This document shows positions 19,517 through 29,668 of a stretch of DNA of 64,000 bases, piece after piece (position 1 is the stretch's first letter; the number at the start of each line of letters is the position of its first letter). The stretch lies in assembly GCA_018402545.1 (NCBI GenBank), contig JAGYIL010000004.1:224422-288421 (forward strand). The letters are read 5' to 3'. The notes beneath the pieces are model-generated. The model did not search any database. It was not told the origin of the DNA and worked only from the letters and a program-made list of their open reading frames with translations. A program made the position numbers and the translations under genes. Source of the DNA: Saccharospirillum sp. (GTDB lineage: Bacteria > Pseudomonadota > Gammaproteobacteria > Pseudomonadales > Natronospirillaceae).

Positions 19517-19894
19517 ATGACCAACTCCCTTTCCCCGGAAGACCTTCACGACCTCCAGGCACTATCCCCCGCGGAGCGTTACGACTACCTGATCGAGCTG
19601 ATACAGGCAGGCCAGAGCGTCTGGACGCTGCGCAGCGACCAGGGCACCGTACTGATGTCCAGCGAGGGTCAGGATTGCCTGCCCATCTGGCCACACACTG
19701 AATGCGCTCAGGCCTGGGTTAACGGCGACTGGGCCGATTGCACGCCCATGGCCATTGATGCCGCCGCCTGGGAACAACGCTGGTTGCCCGGCTTGCAGGC
19801 CGATGGCATTGCGCTGGCCGTCTTCCCAAGCCAGGACGATGAAGGTGTAGTGGTTGAACCCGATGATATGGCGGCCTCGCTCTCTGCCGGGTAA
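19517..19894 (+). CDS. DUF2750 family protein
   Basis: ATG 19517 (the track ORF begins at TTG 19496). ERYDYLIELI...LPIWPHTECAQAW...GIALAVFP pattern is typical of DUF2750. Confidence 0.55.
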   Translation: MTNSLSPEDLHDLQALSPAERYDYLIELIQAGQSVWTLRSDQGTVLMSSEGQDCLPIWPHTECAQAWVNGDWADCTPMAIDAAAWEQRWLPGLQADGIALAVFPSQDDEGVVVEPDDMAASLSAG

Positions 19895-20138
19895 CCCAGC
19901 GCTGTCAGTTTCTTCAGATTGCCATGGAACGGCTGATTTTTTTGGTCTTTGTTTGATCAATTTCCCGCCCAGGCGGTGGGAAACCGCTTCGCTTTAGGTA
20001 CAATAGCCGCCCTCTGAAACCCTTGAGATCCTTGATCTAAAGCTGTCTTTGCGGTCAGTTTCAGTCAGTGATTATTGAGTTGTTGCGACCCGGGTCGGGG
20101 TCGGTATCGGCAGCCCATCTATACTTGTGGAGAGTGAC

Positions 20139-21401
20139 ATGTTTGAGAAAAACCAAACCATCGCCGATTTTGATGCCGACATCTGGCATGCCATGGAAGC
20201 AGAGCGCGAGCGTCAGGAAGAGCACATCGAGCTGATCGCCTCAGAAAACTACACCTCGCCACGAGTCATGCAGGCGCAAGGTTCGCAACTGACCAACAAG
20301 TACGCCGAAGGCTATCCGGGCAAGCGCTATTACGGCGGCTGTGAGCACGTCGATGTGGTTGAAAACCTCGCCATCGAACGCGCCAAGCAACTGTTCGGTG
20401 CCGGCTACGCCAACGTCCAGCCGCATTCCGGTTCACAGGCCAATGCCGCCGTGTTCATGGCCTTGTGCGAGCCGGGCGACACCGTGTTGGGCATGAGCCT
20501 GGCGCACGGTGGTCACCTGACGCACGGTGCCTCGGTCTCGTTCTCGGGCCGCATCTACAATGCCGTGCAGTACGGTCTGAACGCCGACACCGGCGAGATC
20601 GACTATGAGCAGATGGAAGCCCTGGCGCGCGAACACAAACCCAAGATGATCATCGCCGGTTTCTCGGCCTATTCCCGCATCGTTGACTGGGCCCGTTTCC
20701 GTACCATTGCCGATGAAGTGGGTGCCTACCTGCTGGTTGATATGGCACACGTTGCCGGCCTGGTGGCCGCCGGGGTTTACCCGAGCCCGGTACCGTTTGC
20801 CGATGTGGTTACCACCACCACTCACAAGACGCTGCGAGGCCCGCGCGGCGGCCTGATTCTGGCGCGTGAAGACGAAGAGCTGAACAAGAAACTGAACTTC
20901 GCTGTCTTCCCGGAAAGCCAGGGTGGCCCGATGATGCACATCATCGCGGCCAAGGCGATCTGCTTCAAAGAAGCCATGTCGGATGATTACAAAGCCTACC
21001 AGACCCAGGTGGTCAAAAATGCCCGGGCCATGTGCAGTGTCTTTATCGAGCGCGGCATCAACATCGTTTCCAACGGTACCGATGACCATCTGTTCCTGGT
21101 CGACCTGATCGGCAAGGAATACACCGGTAAAGAAGCCGATGCCGCCCTCGGCGAAGCCAACATCACCGTCAACAAGAACGCCGTTCCCAACGACCCGCGC
21201 TCCCCCTTCGTGACCTCGGGCCTGCGCATCGGCACTCCGGCCATCACCAGCCGCGGCTTCAAGGAAGCCGAAGCCAGTGAACTGGCCGGCTGGATCTGTG
21301 ACGTGCTCGATGGCCTGGAAAAAGGCGATGCGTCAGCCGCCATTACCGAGGTGAAGGCCAAGGTACTGGCCATATGCGCACGACTGCCGGTCTATCGCTG
21401 A
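20139..21401 (+). CDS. glyA: serine hydroxymethyltransferase
   Basis: Start at MFEKNQT (ATG 20139). [14 protein letters not shown], and the PLP-lysine motif [14 protein letters not shown]. Confidence 0.95.
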   Translation: MFEKNQTIADFDADIWHAMEAERERQEEHIELIASENYTSPRVMQAQGSQLTNKYAEGYPGKRYYGGCEHVDVVENLAIERAKQLFGAGYANVQPHSGSQANAAVFMALCEPGDTVLGMSLAHGGHLTHGASVSFSGRIYNAVQYGLNADTGEIDYEQMEALAREHKPKMIIAGFSAYSRIVDWARFRTIADEVGAYLLVDMAHVAGLVAAGVYPSPVPFADVVTTTTHKTLRGPRGGLILAREDEELNKKLNFAVFPESQGGPMMHIIAAKAICFKEAMSDDYKAYQTQVVKNARAMCSVFIERGINIVSNGTDDHLFLVDLIGKEYTGKEADAALGEANITVNKNAVPNDPRSPFVTSGLRIGTPAITSRGFKEAEASELAGWICDVLDGLEKGDASAAITEVKAKVLAICARLPVYR

Positions 21402-21430
21402 TTACCTGCCTCAGGGGTTAGTTAGACGAA

Positions 21431-21455
21431 GGGAGGCCAGCGGCCTCCCTTTTTT
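21431..21455 (+). terminator. rho-independent terminator after glyA
   Basis: gggaggcc-agc-ggcctccc followed by TTTTTT. Confidence 0.85.
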
Positions 21456-21467
21456 GATTTTGGCTTT

Positions 21468-21654
21468 TCTCAAGTTCCGGAGCTCGCCAGGCTAGACCAG
21501 CGGCGGGTGCCGGGGGAGCCCTTGCGGGGAAGTCCGCAGCATGGATGCTGCGGCCTAGGCTCCATGGATGGATTTACGCCGACCCCGCAAGGGTTTCCCC
21601 GGTGCCCGGCGCGGCCCAATGCCACCCAGCTAACCCGAGCTCCGGGACTTGAGT
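21468..21654 (+). repeat. structured intergenic repeat, copy C (full-length type)
   Basis: Outer inverted termini tctcaagttccggagctcg / cgagctccgggacttgag. 25-bp stem 21505-21529 / 21583-21607 with 4 G:T pairs on the + strand. Core in the opposite orientation to copy A. Confidence 0.8.
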
Positions 21655-21680
21655 CACTTGAACCAAGGACATCAGAAACG

Positions 21681-22592
21681 ATGGATAACCTGGTATTGCG
21701 CAGCCATCTGGCGCTGCTGTTAGCGATGCTGTTGTGGGGCAGTTCTTTTATTGCCCTGAAGCTGGCAGTGAATGATCTGTCGCCAATGATCGTGATTTTC
21801 ATGCGGATGGCGATTGGTGCGGTTGCCTTTCTGACCGTCTGGCCCTGGTTGCGGCATGGTTTTGTGTACCAGGCGGGTGACTGGAAGTATTTGTTGGGTA
21901 TGGCGCTGTTCGAGCCATGCTTGTATTTCATCTTCGAAGCTCAGGCACTGCGTTACACCAGCGCCGGTCAGGCCGGGATGATTACCGCCATGCTACCGCT
22001 GATGGTGGCCATCGCCGCCTTCTTTATTCTGAAAGAACGCAGCGGTTGGCGCCAGTGGCTGGGGTTTGGCATTGCCGTGGTCGGTGTCATCTGGATGACC
22101 CTGACCGGTGAAGACAGTGAGCAGGCTCCCAATGCCTTGCTGGGTAACTTTCTGGAGTTTCTGGCGATGGTCAGTGCGGTGGGCTATACCCTGCTGGTCA
22201 AGCATCTGACCCGGCGTTATTCCGCCTTTTTGCTGACCGCCCTGCAGTCGTTTGTCGGTACGCTGTTCTTTTTTCCGCTGGCGCTGGCATCGCCCTGGCC
22301 GGAACAGATTTCCCTGTCGACCTTTGGCCTGCTGATTTACCTGGGGCTGATCATTACCCTGGGTGCCTATGGCCTCTACAACTATTCGCTGACGCATCTG
22401 AAGGCAACGGTTGCTGCTGGTTACACCAATCTTTTGCCGGTTTTCACTCTGCTGTTTTCGATGCTGTTGCTCGGTGAGCGACTGGTGCTCAGCCAGTGGC
22501 TGGCAATCGGGCTGGTGTTTGTCGGTGTCTTTCTCAGTCAGGACCGCAGTCATCGGTTGCCGCCTGAGGTGCCACCGCCGGTGACGGGTTAA
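21681..22592 (+). CDS. DMT superfamily (EamA-type) transporter
   Basis: Start at MDNLVL (ATG 21681). The upstream part of the track ORF is repeat-derived. About 10 TM helices and two EamA-like halves. Confidence 0.85.
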   Translation: MDNLVLRSHLALLLAMLLWGSSFIALKLAVNDLSPMIVIFMRMAIGAVAFLTVWPWLRHGFVYQAGDWKYLLGMALFEPCLYFIFEAQALRYTSAGQAGMITAMLPLMVAIAAFFILKERSGWRQWLGFGIAVVGVIWMTLTGEDSEQAPNALLGNFLEFLAMVSAVGYTLLVKHLTRRYSAFLLTALQSFVGTLFFFPLALASPWPEQISLSTFGLLIYLGLIITLGAYGLYNYSLTHLKATVAAGYTNLLPVFTLLFSMLLLGERLVLSQWLAIGLVFVGVFLSQDRSHRLPPEVPPPVTG

Positions 22593-22734
22593 GCGGGCGA
22601 GTTATCCGGTGCCATAAAGCGCTGTAAAATCGTCGGGACAATGCCGGGCACGGCTAATTGGCGCCAATGCATTGCCCTGCGGGAGGGTCTGGGTCACCTT
22701 AGGTGGGCTCGACCCAATCGGCGGAGATGACAGC

Positions 22735-24120
22735 GTGCAACCCTATTCAGTACTGGATCTGTTTAAAGTCGGCCTGGGGCCGTCTTCCTCACACACCCTC
22801 GGCCCTATGCGGGCCGCTGAGCGTTTTGTGCAACACCTGAAAGAGCAGAGCAAGCTGGAAGCGGTGGTGCAGATCCGGGCGGATCTCTATGGTTCTTTGG
22901 CGCTGACGGGCATTGGCCATGGCACTGATAAAGCGGTCGTGCTGGGTCTGTGCGGGCTGGATGCCGCGACAGTCGATCCGGAAGTGGCGGACCATACGTT
23001 CTTGCAGGTGAAAACGGATGAGCGGCTGCCTTTGCCCGGTGGGCCGGTATTGCGCTTCACCATGGGGGAATGCGTCCGGTTTTTCACTGATATTTTTCTG
23101 CCCGAACACCCCAATGGTATGCGTTTTACCGCAGAAGACGAGCACGGCATCGTGCTGCTCAGTGAAACCTGGTATTCGGTGGGCGGCGGTGCAATTGCCA
23201 ATGAGCTGGCGAAAAATTCGGCCAAACGTGACCTGCTGACCGAGTTCCCGGATCAGCGGCCCTACCCGTTCTTTAATGCGACTGAGCTATTGCATCAGGC
23301 TGAAGCCAATAACCTGACCATTGCCGATATTACGCTGGCCAATGAAGTGGGGCTGGGCACGCCGGAAGGGCAGGTATTGGCCTGGGCCGATCACATCAAT
23401 GAGGCCATGGTCGCTTGCATGAACCGGGGCATGGACCTGGAAGGCCCTTTGCCGGGCGGTATTCAGGTACAGCGTCGTGCGGCCCGCATGGCCCGCTCGC
23501 TGCGCAAGCAGGCCGAAGAGGATCAGCTCGGTGTAATCGACTGGGTCAGTGTTTACGCGTTGGCGGTCAATGAGGAAAACGCGGCAGGCGGTCGGGTGGT
23601 CACGGCGCCTACCAACGGCTCAGCCGGTGTGATCCCCGCGGTATTGGCTTACATTCACCATCATATGCCCCGGTTAAACGCAGACGATGAGCGCCGCTTT
23701 CTGATGACGGCGGCTGCCATTGGCTGGCTCTACAAGCGCAATGCGTCGATTTCCGCGGCCGAGATGGGTTGCCAGGGTGAGATTGGTGTGGCCAGTTCAA
23801 TGGCAGCAGCCGGTCTGGCTGAAGTGATGGGCGGCACAGCGGCCCAGGCAGAGCATGCGGCGGAAATTGCGATGGAACACCACCTGGGCATGACCTGCGA
23901 CCCCATCGGCGGTTTGGTTCAGGTGCCCTGCATCGAGCGTAATGCCTTTGGTGCCGTCAAGGCCATACAGGCTGCACGCATCGCCTTGCGGGAACCGGGC
24001 GATCACTGCGTATCGCTCGATGAAGTGATCGAAACCATGCGTCAGACCGGCGAAGACATGGCCTCCAAATACAAGGAAACCGCCCAGGGCGGGCTCGCGG
24101 TCAATGTGGTGGTTTGTTGA
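22735..24120 (+). CDS. sdaA: L-serine ammonia-lyase (iron-sulfur dependent L-serine dehydratase)
   Basis: GTG 22735, 8 nt after ggag. [22 protein letters not shown]-terminus. The alpha domain has [13 protein letters not shown]. Confidence 0.9.
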   Translation: MQPYSVLDLFKVGLGPSSSHTLGPMRAAERFVQHLKEQSKLEAVVQIRADLYGSLALTGIGHGTDKAVVLGLCGLDAATVDPEVADHTFLQVKTDERLPLPGGPVLRFTMGECVRFFTDIFLPEHPNGMRFTAEDEHGIVLLSETWYSVGGGAIANELAKNSAKRDLLTEFPDQRPYPFFNATELLHQAEANNLTIADITLANEVGLGTPEGQVLAWADHINEAMVACMNRGMDLEGPLPGGIQVQRRAARMARSLRKQAEEDQLGVIDWVSVYALAVNEENAAGGRVVTAPTNGSAGVIPAVLAYIHHHMPRLNADDERRFLMTAAAIGWLYKRNASISAAEMGCQGEIGVASSMAAAGLAEVMGGTAAQAEHAAEIAMEHHLGMTCDPIGGLVQVPCIERNAFGAVKAIQAARIALREPGDHCVSLDEVIETMRQTGEDMASKYKETAQGGLAVNVVVC

Positions 24121-24128
24121 TATATAGT

Positions 24129-24210
24129 GCCAGGAGGTCGTGCTAGCAACCGGGTAGGCCTACCCGGCAGCCAGCACTTGGTTTAGTGGTTGCTCTGATC
24201 AACTCCTGGC
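24129..24210. repeat. collapsed derivative of the intergenic repeat (copy D, stem only, core absent)
   Basis: gtgctagcaaccgggtagg|cctacccggcagccagcac keeps the family's ccggg...cccggcagcc stem base but has no core. An outer inverted repeat gccaggaggt / aactcctggc flanks it. Confidence 0.5.
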
Positions 24211-24249
24211 TGCTACTAGGCAATGCGTTTTTGTGTCGGTGTTAAATCT

Positions 24250-25161
24250 CTATTCAACAGTAAACGCAAAACCCGCTGGCTTGGCGATGCAAAAGTCCGC
24301 CGGCACAGTGTTACTGCCGTTATTGGTAATGGTTTCATCCGGGTCCGCTTCAATGGCCTCCAGCATAGCCACCATGTCGGCAATGCGCAGATAGGCTTCC
24401 GAGGAAGCGCTGATGGTGTTACTGCCATCGTGGCTGGGGTTGACGATCCATTCGGGCATAGTCAGCCCTGGCTCACCGTCGGGGGCATTGATGCGGTTCC
24501 TGACGTGCTCCATGAAGTTGTTGCGCCGGTTGTTGAGGCTATTGGTCGGGAGGCTGAGCTGAGCGTTGGCATCACCGTTTTGATGGCACTCGGCACAGAC
24601 TTCCAGGGTATCGTCGATGTAGTCTTCGTAATAATTGCCGGTGGTCGGACAGCCGGGCAGTGAAAACGCCATATCGTCAAAGCGCAGCGTCACTTTACCC
24701 AGTGGCCCGTCGGATTCTCCAATCAGGAAAATGCGGTAATCGCCGGGTACCGTTGCCTCCAGGCGCTCATCGTTGCCCGGGTCATCGGGGTCTTCGGCAT
24801 AGACCAGCTGCAAATCACTGCTGGCTCCAAGTGAGCTGAAGGTTTCACGTTCCTTGTTGCCGCGCAGAAAGCCCCAGCTGTAGGCATAGAGCCGTTCGTA
24901 GGTTTCACTGGCATCCAGAGTGACGCGAGCTTCGTAAATTTCAGGGTCGTCACCTTCGGCACTGGTTCTGACGAATTCTACGGAAAATTCGGGGGCGACA
25001 ATGGGGTCGAAGGTGTCCTTCGTGGTCCAGGGGTCCCAGTACTGATCGCCATAGCGGCTATTGGATTCAGGGCCACAAGCAGCCAGCAGGAGGGCGGTCA
25101 TTGAAATGGCCAGGGTAGACGCCTTTGACAGCAAGTAAGGGCGATCAGACATGGTAAGCAT
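24250..25161 (-). CDS. hypothetical lipoprotein with a single CxxCH motif
   Basis: 303-aa ORF (alternative ATG at 25152). Lipobox LLAAC. One c-type haem-attachment-like motif (EVCAECHQNG). No family recognised. Confidence 0.6.
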   Translation of the reverse strand: MLTMSDRPYLLSKASTLAISMTALLLAACGPESNSRYGDQYWDPWTTKDTFDPIVAPEFSVEFVRTSAEGDDPEIYEARVTLDASETYERLYAYSWGFLRGNKERETFSSLGASSDLQLVYAEDPDDPGNDERLEATVPGDYRIFLIGESDGPLGKVTLRFDDMAFSLPGCPTTGNYYEDYIDDTLEVCAECHQNGDANAQLSLPTNSLNNRRNNFMEHVRNRINAPDGEPGLTMPEWIVNPSHDGSNTISASSEAYLRIADMVAMLEAIEADPDETITNNGSNTVPADFCIAKPAGFAFTVE

Positions 25162-25448
25162 GCTCTACATCAAGGTGTGAAGGTAAAGTCATTGTATGCT
25201 TTACTGAGTTCGAAACGGTGACCGGGTTCTAGGTTTGGAGCATTGCCGGCACAGAATTGCGTTAAATTGGCTTTATGGCAGGTGTGCATAAGTCCGGGTT
25301 TGGATTTGCCACCCGGGTAAGTGCCGGGTAGGTCTGCTGGTGCCCGGCGCGAACGCTAGCCAGGGCACTGGACAATATCCGGAACACAATCGAAAGTACC
25401 TTCAACCAGCGCGGTGAAAGTGCGCTCAGACTCTGAGAGAAACTATTG

Positions 25449-25775
25449 ATGAAACAATCTGTTAAGGCGATTTTGGTGGGTGTGGCGACTCTGGCGGCGG
25501 CCAGTGCCTGGGCTGAGGGCGATGTGGCGGCCGGTCAGGCCAAGTCAGCGGTGTGTGCAGCCTGTCATGGTGCTAATGGCATTTCGTCGGTGCCCATCTA
25601 TCCGAATCTGGCGGGTCAGAAAGAGGCGTATCTGGTCAATGTGCTGGCGGCCTATAAATCCAAGGAACGCCAGGGGGCCAATGCGGCGGTGATGTGGGGC
25701 ATAGCAGCACCCTTGTCGGAGCAGGATATTGCCAACCTGGCCGCTTACTATGCGAGTTTGCCTGCTGGCGGTTAA
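25449..25775 (+). CDS. class I c-type cytochrome (c4/c553-like monohaem)
   Basis: ATG 25449. Signal peptide, CAACHG haem motif, PNLAGQ, and a distal Met region (AVMWG). Confidence 0.85.
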   Translation: MKQSVKAILVGVATLAAASAWAEGDVAAGQAKSAVCAACHGANGISSVPIYPNLAGQKEAYLVNVLAAYKSKERQGANAAVMWGIAAPLSEQDIANLAAYYASLPAGG

Positions 25776-25830
25776 AAGGTACGGGCGGTGTTTTAGCGGT
25801 ACCTGGTGTGACTATCGAACTTAAGCTCTG

Positions 25831-25854
25831 GGGGTGCGTTGGCGCCCCTTTTTT
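25831..25854 (+). terminator. rho-independent terminator after the cytochrome c gene
   Basis: ggggtgc-gttg-gcgcccc followed by TTTTTT. Confidence 0.75.
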
Positions 25855-26261
25855 ATGTCCGGCCCGATGGGCTCTGGCTTCCAATAAGGTGCCCACAGTT
25901 ACTGTGGATAAGTCTGTGGGTATACTCTTTACAGCTGGCCCGAATCGGCATGACAGTGATGTTACCCGGGCTTGGTTAAAAAATAGACACATTGAAAAAA
26001 TACTAATAAAAACAAACAGTTATAGGCCTGTTCTGGTTATTTTCTGGTCAGGCAGCTTCGCTCGCAGCGCCCGATTTGAGTGCATTCGGTTTTGTGAATA
26101 AACACCCTCACCGGAACCCGCGTGGTTGTCAGCTTCCTAAAAAGTCAACGATTTTGTAGTAGTAGGCGTGTCGCCAAATAGTCGGTAGCAGAGTACACTT
26201 TAGCGGCTTGAAACACGGTTCAGACACCGTCCTTCCTTATTGTCCGAATGAGTTCTAACCG

Positions 26262-26723
26262 ATGCACTGTCCATTCTGTAAAGCACAAGACACCAAGGTC
26301 ATCGATTCCCGGCTGGTTGCCGAAGGAGAGCAGGTGCGTCGTCGTCGCGAATGCCTTCAGTGTGGCGAGCGCTTTACTACCTATGAAGGGGCCGAGCTGG
26401 TGATGCCGCGCATTGTCAAACAAAACGGCAACCGTGAACCCTTCGACGAAATGAAGCTTCGTGCCGGCCTGCAGCGGGCGCTGGAAAAACGCCCGGTCAG
26501 TGTCGAAGAAGTCGAAGCGGCGCTGGCGCGCATCAAGCAAAGCCTGCGGGCAACCGGTGAGCGTGAACTGCCGTCACGCCGGCTGGGCGAGGTGGTGATG
26601 AATGAGCTGCGTGAACTGGATCAGGTTGCTTATGTTCGGTTCGCGTCGGTATACCGGAGTTTTCAGGATTTAAACGAATTTAGAAGCGAAATTGACCGAC
26701 TCGAAAAAAAGCGGACCGAATGA
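26262..26723 (+). CDS. nrdR: transcriptional repressor NrdR
   Basis: [18 protein letters not shown]...[10 protein letters not shown] zinc ribbon plus an ATP-cone. Confidence 0.95.
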   Translation: MHCPFCKAQDTKVIDSRLVAEGEQVRRRRECLQCGERFTTYEGAELVMPRIVKQNGNREPFDEMKLRAGLQRALEKRPVSVEEVEAALARIKQSLRATGERELPSRRLGEVVMNELRELDQVAYVRFASVYRSFQDLNEFRSEIDRLEKKRTE

Positions 26724-26730
26724 GGGTAGT

Positions 26731-27837
26731 GTGACGGAGACGCAGTCTGACGAATTCTGGATGGCACATGCGCTGACGCTGGCGGCGCGCGGTGTCACCA
26801 CGACCATGCCCAACCCCCGAGTCGGCTGCGTCATCGTCCGCGATGGCCAGAACGTCGGTGAGGGGTATCACATTCTGGCCGGCACCGGCCATGCCGAAGT
26901 GCATGCGCTGGCGGCAGCGGGTGATCGGGCGCGCGGCGCCACCGCCTATGTGACACTGGAGCCCTGCAGTCATCACGGCCGCACGCCGCCCTGTGCCGAG
27001 GCTTTGATCACCGCGAAGGTCGCTCGCGTTGTCTGCGCCATCGAAGACCCGAACCCCAAGGTTGCCGGCCGGGGGCTTGCACGGCTTAAGGCGGCAGGCG
27101 TGGCGGTGCGTTCCGGCGTACTGAGCCAGGATGCCGAAGCCCTGAATCGCGGTTTTCTGAAACGCATGCGCACGGGTCAGCCCTGGCTGACGCTCAAGCT
27201 GGCCAGCAGTCTCGATGGGGCAACGGCAATGGCCAGTGGCGAAAGTCAGTGGATAACCAGTCCGGCTGCTCGTGCCGATGTACAACGGGCCCGTTCCGAG
27301 CGTTGCGCCATTCTGACCGGCGTTGGCACTGTTCGGGCAGACGACCCCAGCCTGACGGTTCGACTGGAGGGCATTGACCGGCAGCCGGACCGGGTGATCC
27401 TCGATACCCACCTGAACACACCGGCTCACGCCAAAATGCTGTCCCTGCCCGGGAAAACCTGGGTGTTGCATGGCCATGAAGCCCCTGAAGAGCGCCAGTC
27501 AGCCCTTGCGGAAGCAGGCGCGCGCCTTGTGGTATTGCCGCGCGATGCGGCCGGGCATCTGGATCTGACCGCGGTGATGATCTGGCTGGGCCAGCAAGCC
27601 TATAACGAGGTCTGGGCCGAGCCTGGCGCTACGCTGGCAGCCACTTTGTTGCAGATGAATCTGGTGGATGAGTTGTGGCTCTATCAGGCACCCGTGCTGC
27701 TGGGGGCGGCAACCCGGCCGCTGTTTTCGGCGAATCTGGACAAGCTATCAGAGGGCCTGTCCTTTTCTGTGGTGGACACCAGGGTGGTCGGGCCGGATCT
27801 GCGCCTGCAGCTGCGCCCGAAAGGCGATCGACTGTAA
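26731..27837 (+). CDS. ribD: bifunctional diaminohydroxyphosphoribosylaminopyrimidine deaminase / 5-amino-6-(5-phosphoribosylamino)uracil reductase
   Basis: GTG 26731 after gaggg. FWMAHALTLA, deaminase HAEVHAL...TLEPCSHHGRTPPC, and the reductase domain. Confidence 0.9.
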   Translation: MTETQSDEFWMAHALTLAARGVTTTMPNPRVGCVIVRDGQNVGEGYHILAGTGHAEVHALAAAGDRARGATAYVTLEPCSHHGRTPPCAEALITAKVARVVCAIEDPNPKVAGRGLARLKAAGVAVRSGVLSQDAEALNRGFLKRMRTGQPWLTLKLASSLDGATAMASGESQWITSPAARADVQRARSERCAILTGVGTVRADDPSLTVRLEGIDRQPDRVILDTHLNTPAHAKMLSLPGKTWVLHGHEAPEERQSALAEAGARLVVLPRDAAGHLDLTAVMIWLGQQAYNEVWAEPGATLAATLLQMNLVDELWLYQAPVLLGAATRPLFSANLDKLSEGLSFSVVDTRVVGPDLRLQLRPKGDRL

Positions 27838-27940
27838 CACAGGAAAAACACCCCAAAACGCAGCCTGGCACGGCGAATCGCCGGCGCTTCTGGTATGATG
27901 ACGACTTGTGAACGCCGGGCTATCTGCGCCGGCGGTGACG

Positions 27941-29095
27941 ATGGACCCGGCAGTGGAATTGAACGTGGCGCTGAACAGCATCGAAGACATTATTGAAGAC
28001 ATTCGTCAGGGTAAGATGGTTATCCTGATGGACGATGAAGACCGTGAGAACGAAGGCGATCTGATCGTCGCGGCGGAAAAAATCACCCCTGAGATCGTTA
28101 ACTTCATGGCCGGCAAGGCCCGTGGACTGATCTGCCTGACGCTGACCGGCGAGCGGTGTGATTTTCTCGGCCTGGAATCCATGGTCAAGAAAGACAATGG
28201 CTCGGCCTATGGCACGCCCTTCACCATCTCGATCGAAGCGGCTGAGGGCGTCACAACGGGCATTTCTGCGGCTGACCGGGCCCGCACCATTCAGGTCGCG
28301 GTCGACCCGAACAGCGAGCCCACCGATATCGTGCAGCCCGGGCATATCTTCCCGCTGCGCGCCCAGCCCGGTGGTGTACTCAGTCGGGCCGGCCATACCG
28401 AGGCGGGCTGCGATCTGGCCCGCATGGCCGGTCTGATTCCGGCGGCGGCCATTGTCGAGATCATGAAAGAAGACGGTACCATGGCGCGCCGGCCCGATCT
28501 GGAAGCCTTTGCCGAAGAGCATGGGCTGAAGGTAGGCACCATTGCCGATCTGATCCATTACCGCATACTGAACGAGCGCACCATCGAGAAAGTCGAGCAG
28601 CGCTCGCTGAGCACGCGCGCCGGTGACTTCAACGTGCAGGTATATCGCGACAGCCTGTGTGGTGGCACTCACATTGCACTGACGCTGGGCGGGCCATTCA
28701 AGCCCGAAAACCCGACACTGGTGCGGGTGCACGTGGCGCAAACCCTGCGCGACTTGCTGGGGGTTAACCCGGCCCGTGGCCATGGCTGGACGCTGGATGC
28801 CGCCATGCACCGGGTCGCTGAAGAAGGCGCTGGCGTGGTGGTCTTGCTGGATGTTCAGGAAGCCCCCGATGTGATGACTGAACTGAAGATGATGCAGGGC
28901 GATCGCGCCAACACGCGCAACCCGAACGTCGACAAGTACGGCACCTACACGACCATTGGTACCGGCTCTCAGATTTTGCGCGAGTTGGGTGTGGGCAAGA
29001 TGCGCCTGCTCAGTTCACCGATCAAGTTTGGCGGCATTTCCGGGTTCGACCTGGAAGTGGTCGAGTACATTCCTGCCGCGGGCGATGAAGCCTGA
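27941..29095 (+). CDS. ribB: 3,4-dihydroxy-2-butanone-4-phosphate synthase fused to a degenerate GTP cyclohydrolase II-like domain (RibBX type)
   Basis: ATG 27941. DHBP synthase motif [12 protein letters not shown]. The C-terminal domain aligns to RibA but has VAQ and ARGHG where RibA has SEC and RCDCG, so the zinc cysteines are absent. Confidence 0.9.
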   Translation: MDPAVELNVALNSIEDIIEDIRQGKMVILMDDEDRENEGDLIVAAEKITPEIVNFMAGKARGLICLTLTGERCDFLGLESMVKKDNGSAYGTPFTISIEAAEGVTTGISAADRARTIQVAVDPNSEPTDIVQPGHIFPLRAQPGGVLSRAGHTEAGCDLARMAGLIPAAAIVEIMKEDGTMARRPDLEAFAEEHGLKVGTIADLIHYRILNERTIEKVEQRSLSTRAGDFNVQVYRDSLCGGTHIALTLGGPFKPENPTLVRVHVAQTLRDLLGVNPARGHGWTLDAAMHRVAEEGAGVVVLLDVQEAPDVMTELKMMQGDRANTRNPNVDKYGTYTTIGTGSQILRELGVGKMRLLSSPIKFGGISGFDLEVVEYIPAAGDEA

Positions 29096-29176
29096 AGGCG
29101 ACTAAGCTGTTCACAACCGACTCATGATTAACCGACGGCGACCCTGGCTGGGCCGTCGTTCAGACAGGATCAGACA

Positions 29177-29665
29177 ATGACTGCAATGACTTCAAACATT
29201 ACTACCCTGGAAGGGGATTTTTCCGCCAACGACGCCCAGTACGCCATCGTGGTGGGCCGCTGGAACAGCTTCGTGGTTGAAAGCCTGCTCGACGGCGCAC
29301 TCGATGCGCTCAAGCGCCACGGCATCAAGGACGACCAATTGACGGTCATCCGTGCGCCGGGTGCCTATGAGCTGCCCATCGTCTGCCAGAAGCTGGCGGA
29401 AACCGAGCGTTATAACGCCATCATCGCCCTGGGCGCGGTAATTCGCGGCGGCACACCGCATTTCGATTTCGTGGCCGGTGAAGCCGCCGGTGGCCTCAAT
29501 TCAGTGGCGCTGACCGCCAGCATGCCAGTGGTGTTTGGCGTGCTGACCGTCGATTCGATCGAGCAGGCCATTGAGCGTGCGGGCACCAAAGCCGGTAATA
29601 AAGGCGCCGAAGCGGCCCTGGTGGCGCTGGAAATGGTCAATCTGTTCAAACAGATCGAGGGTTAA
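29177..29665 (+). CDS. ribH: 6,7-dimethyl-8-ribityllumazine synthase
   Basis: 162-aa [11 protein letters not shown]...APGAYELP...[14 protein letters not shown]. Confidence 0.95.
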   Translation: MTAMTSNITTLEGDFSANDAQYAIVVGRWNSFVVESLLDGALDALKRHGIKDDQLTVIRAPGAYELPIVCQKLAETERYNAIIALGAVIRGGTPHFDFVAGEAAGGLNSVALTASMPVVFGVLTVDSIEQAIERAGTKAGNKGAEAALVALEMVNLFKQIEG

Positions 29666-29668
29666 GGC

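Noticed and set aside
19960-20138. Possible ZTP (pfl) or other one-carbon riboswitch upstream of glyA (cccgcccaggcgg resembles the CCGCCUGGGC pseudoknot element).
   Set aside because: The match is on the wrong strand relative to glyA, and the 5' sub-domain consensus (GGGUCGUGAC..UGGCG) is absent.
25893-25907. NrdR box (autoregulation) at the palindrome CCACAGTtACTGTGG.
   Set aside because: NrdR boxes are 16-bp AT-rich-centred palindromes (acaCwAtATaTwGtgt), usually in pairs ~31 bp apart. Here both spacing and centre differ.
25889-26040. Chromosomal replication origin suggested by the DnaA boxes and the AT-rich tract.
   Set aside because: Only one perfect box. No 13-mer DUE repeats or GATC clustering. 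Flanking genes (cytochrome c, nrdR) are not origin-associated. Kept only as a possible regulatory or titration site.
25636-26101. ORFs 25694-26101 (+, 135 aa) and 25636-25992 (-, 118 aa) in the nrdR upstream gap.
   Set aside because: They overlap each other, the cytochrome c 3' end and its terminator. They run through the AT-rich tract with odd composition and no RBS.
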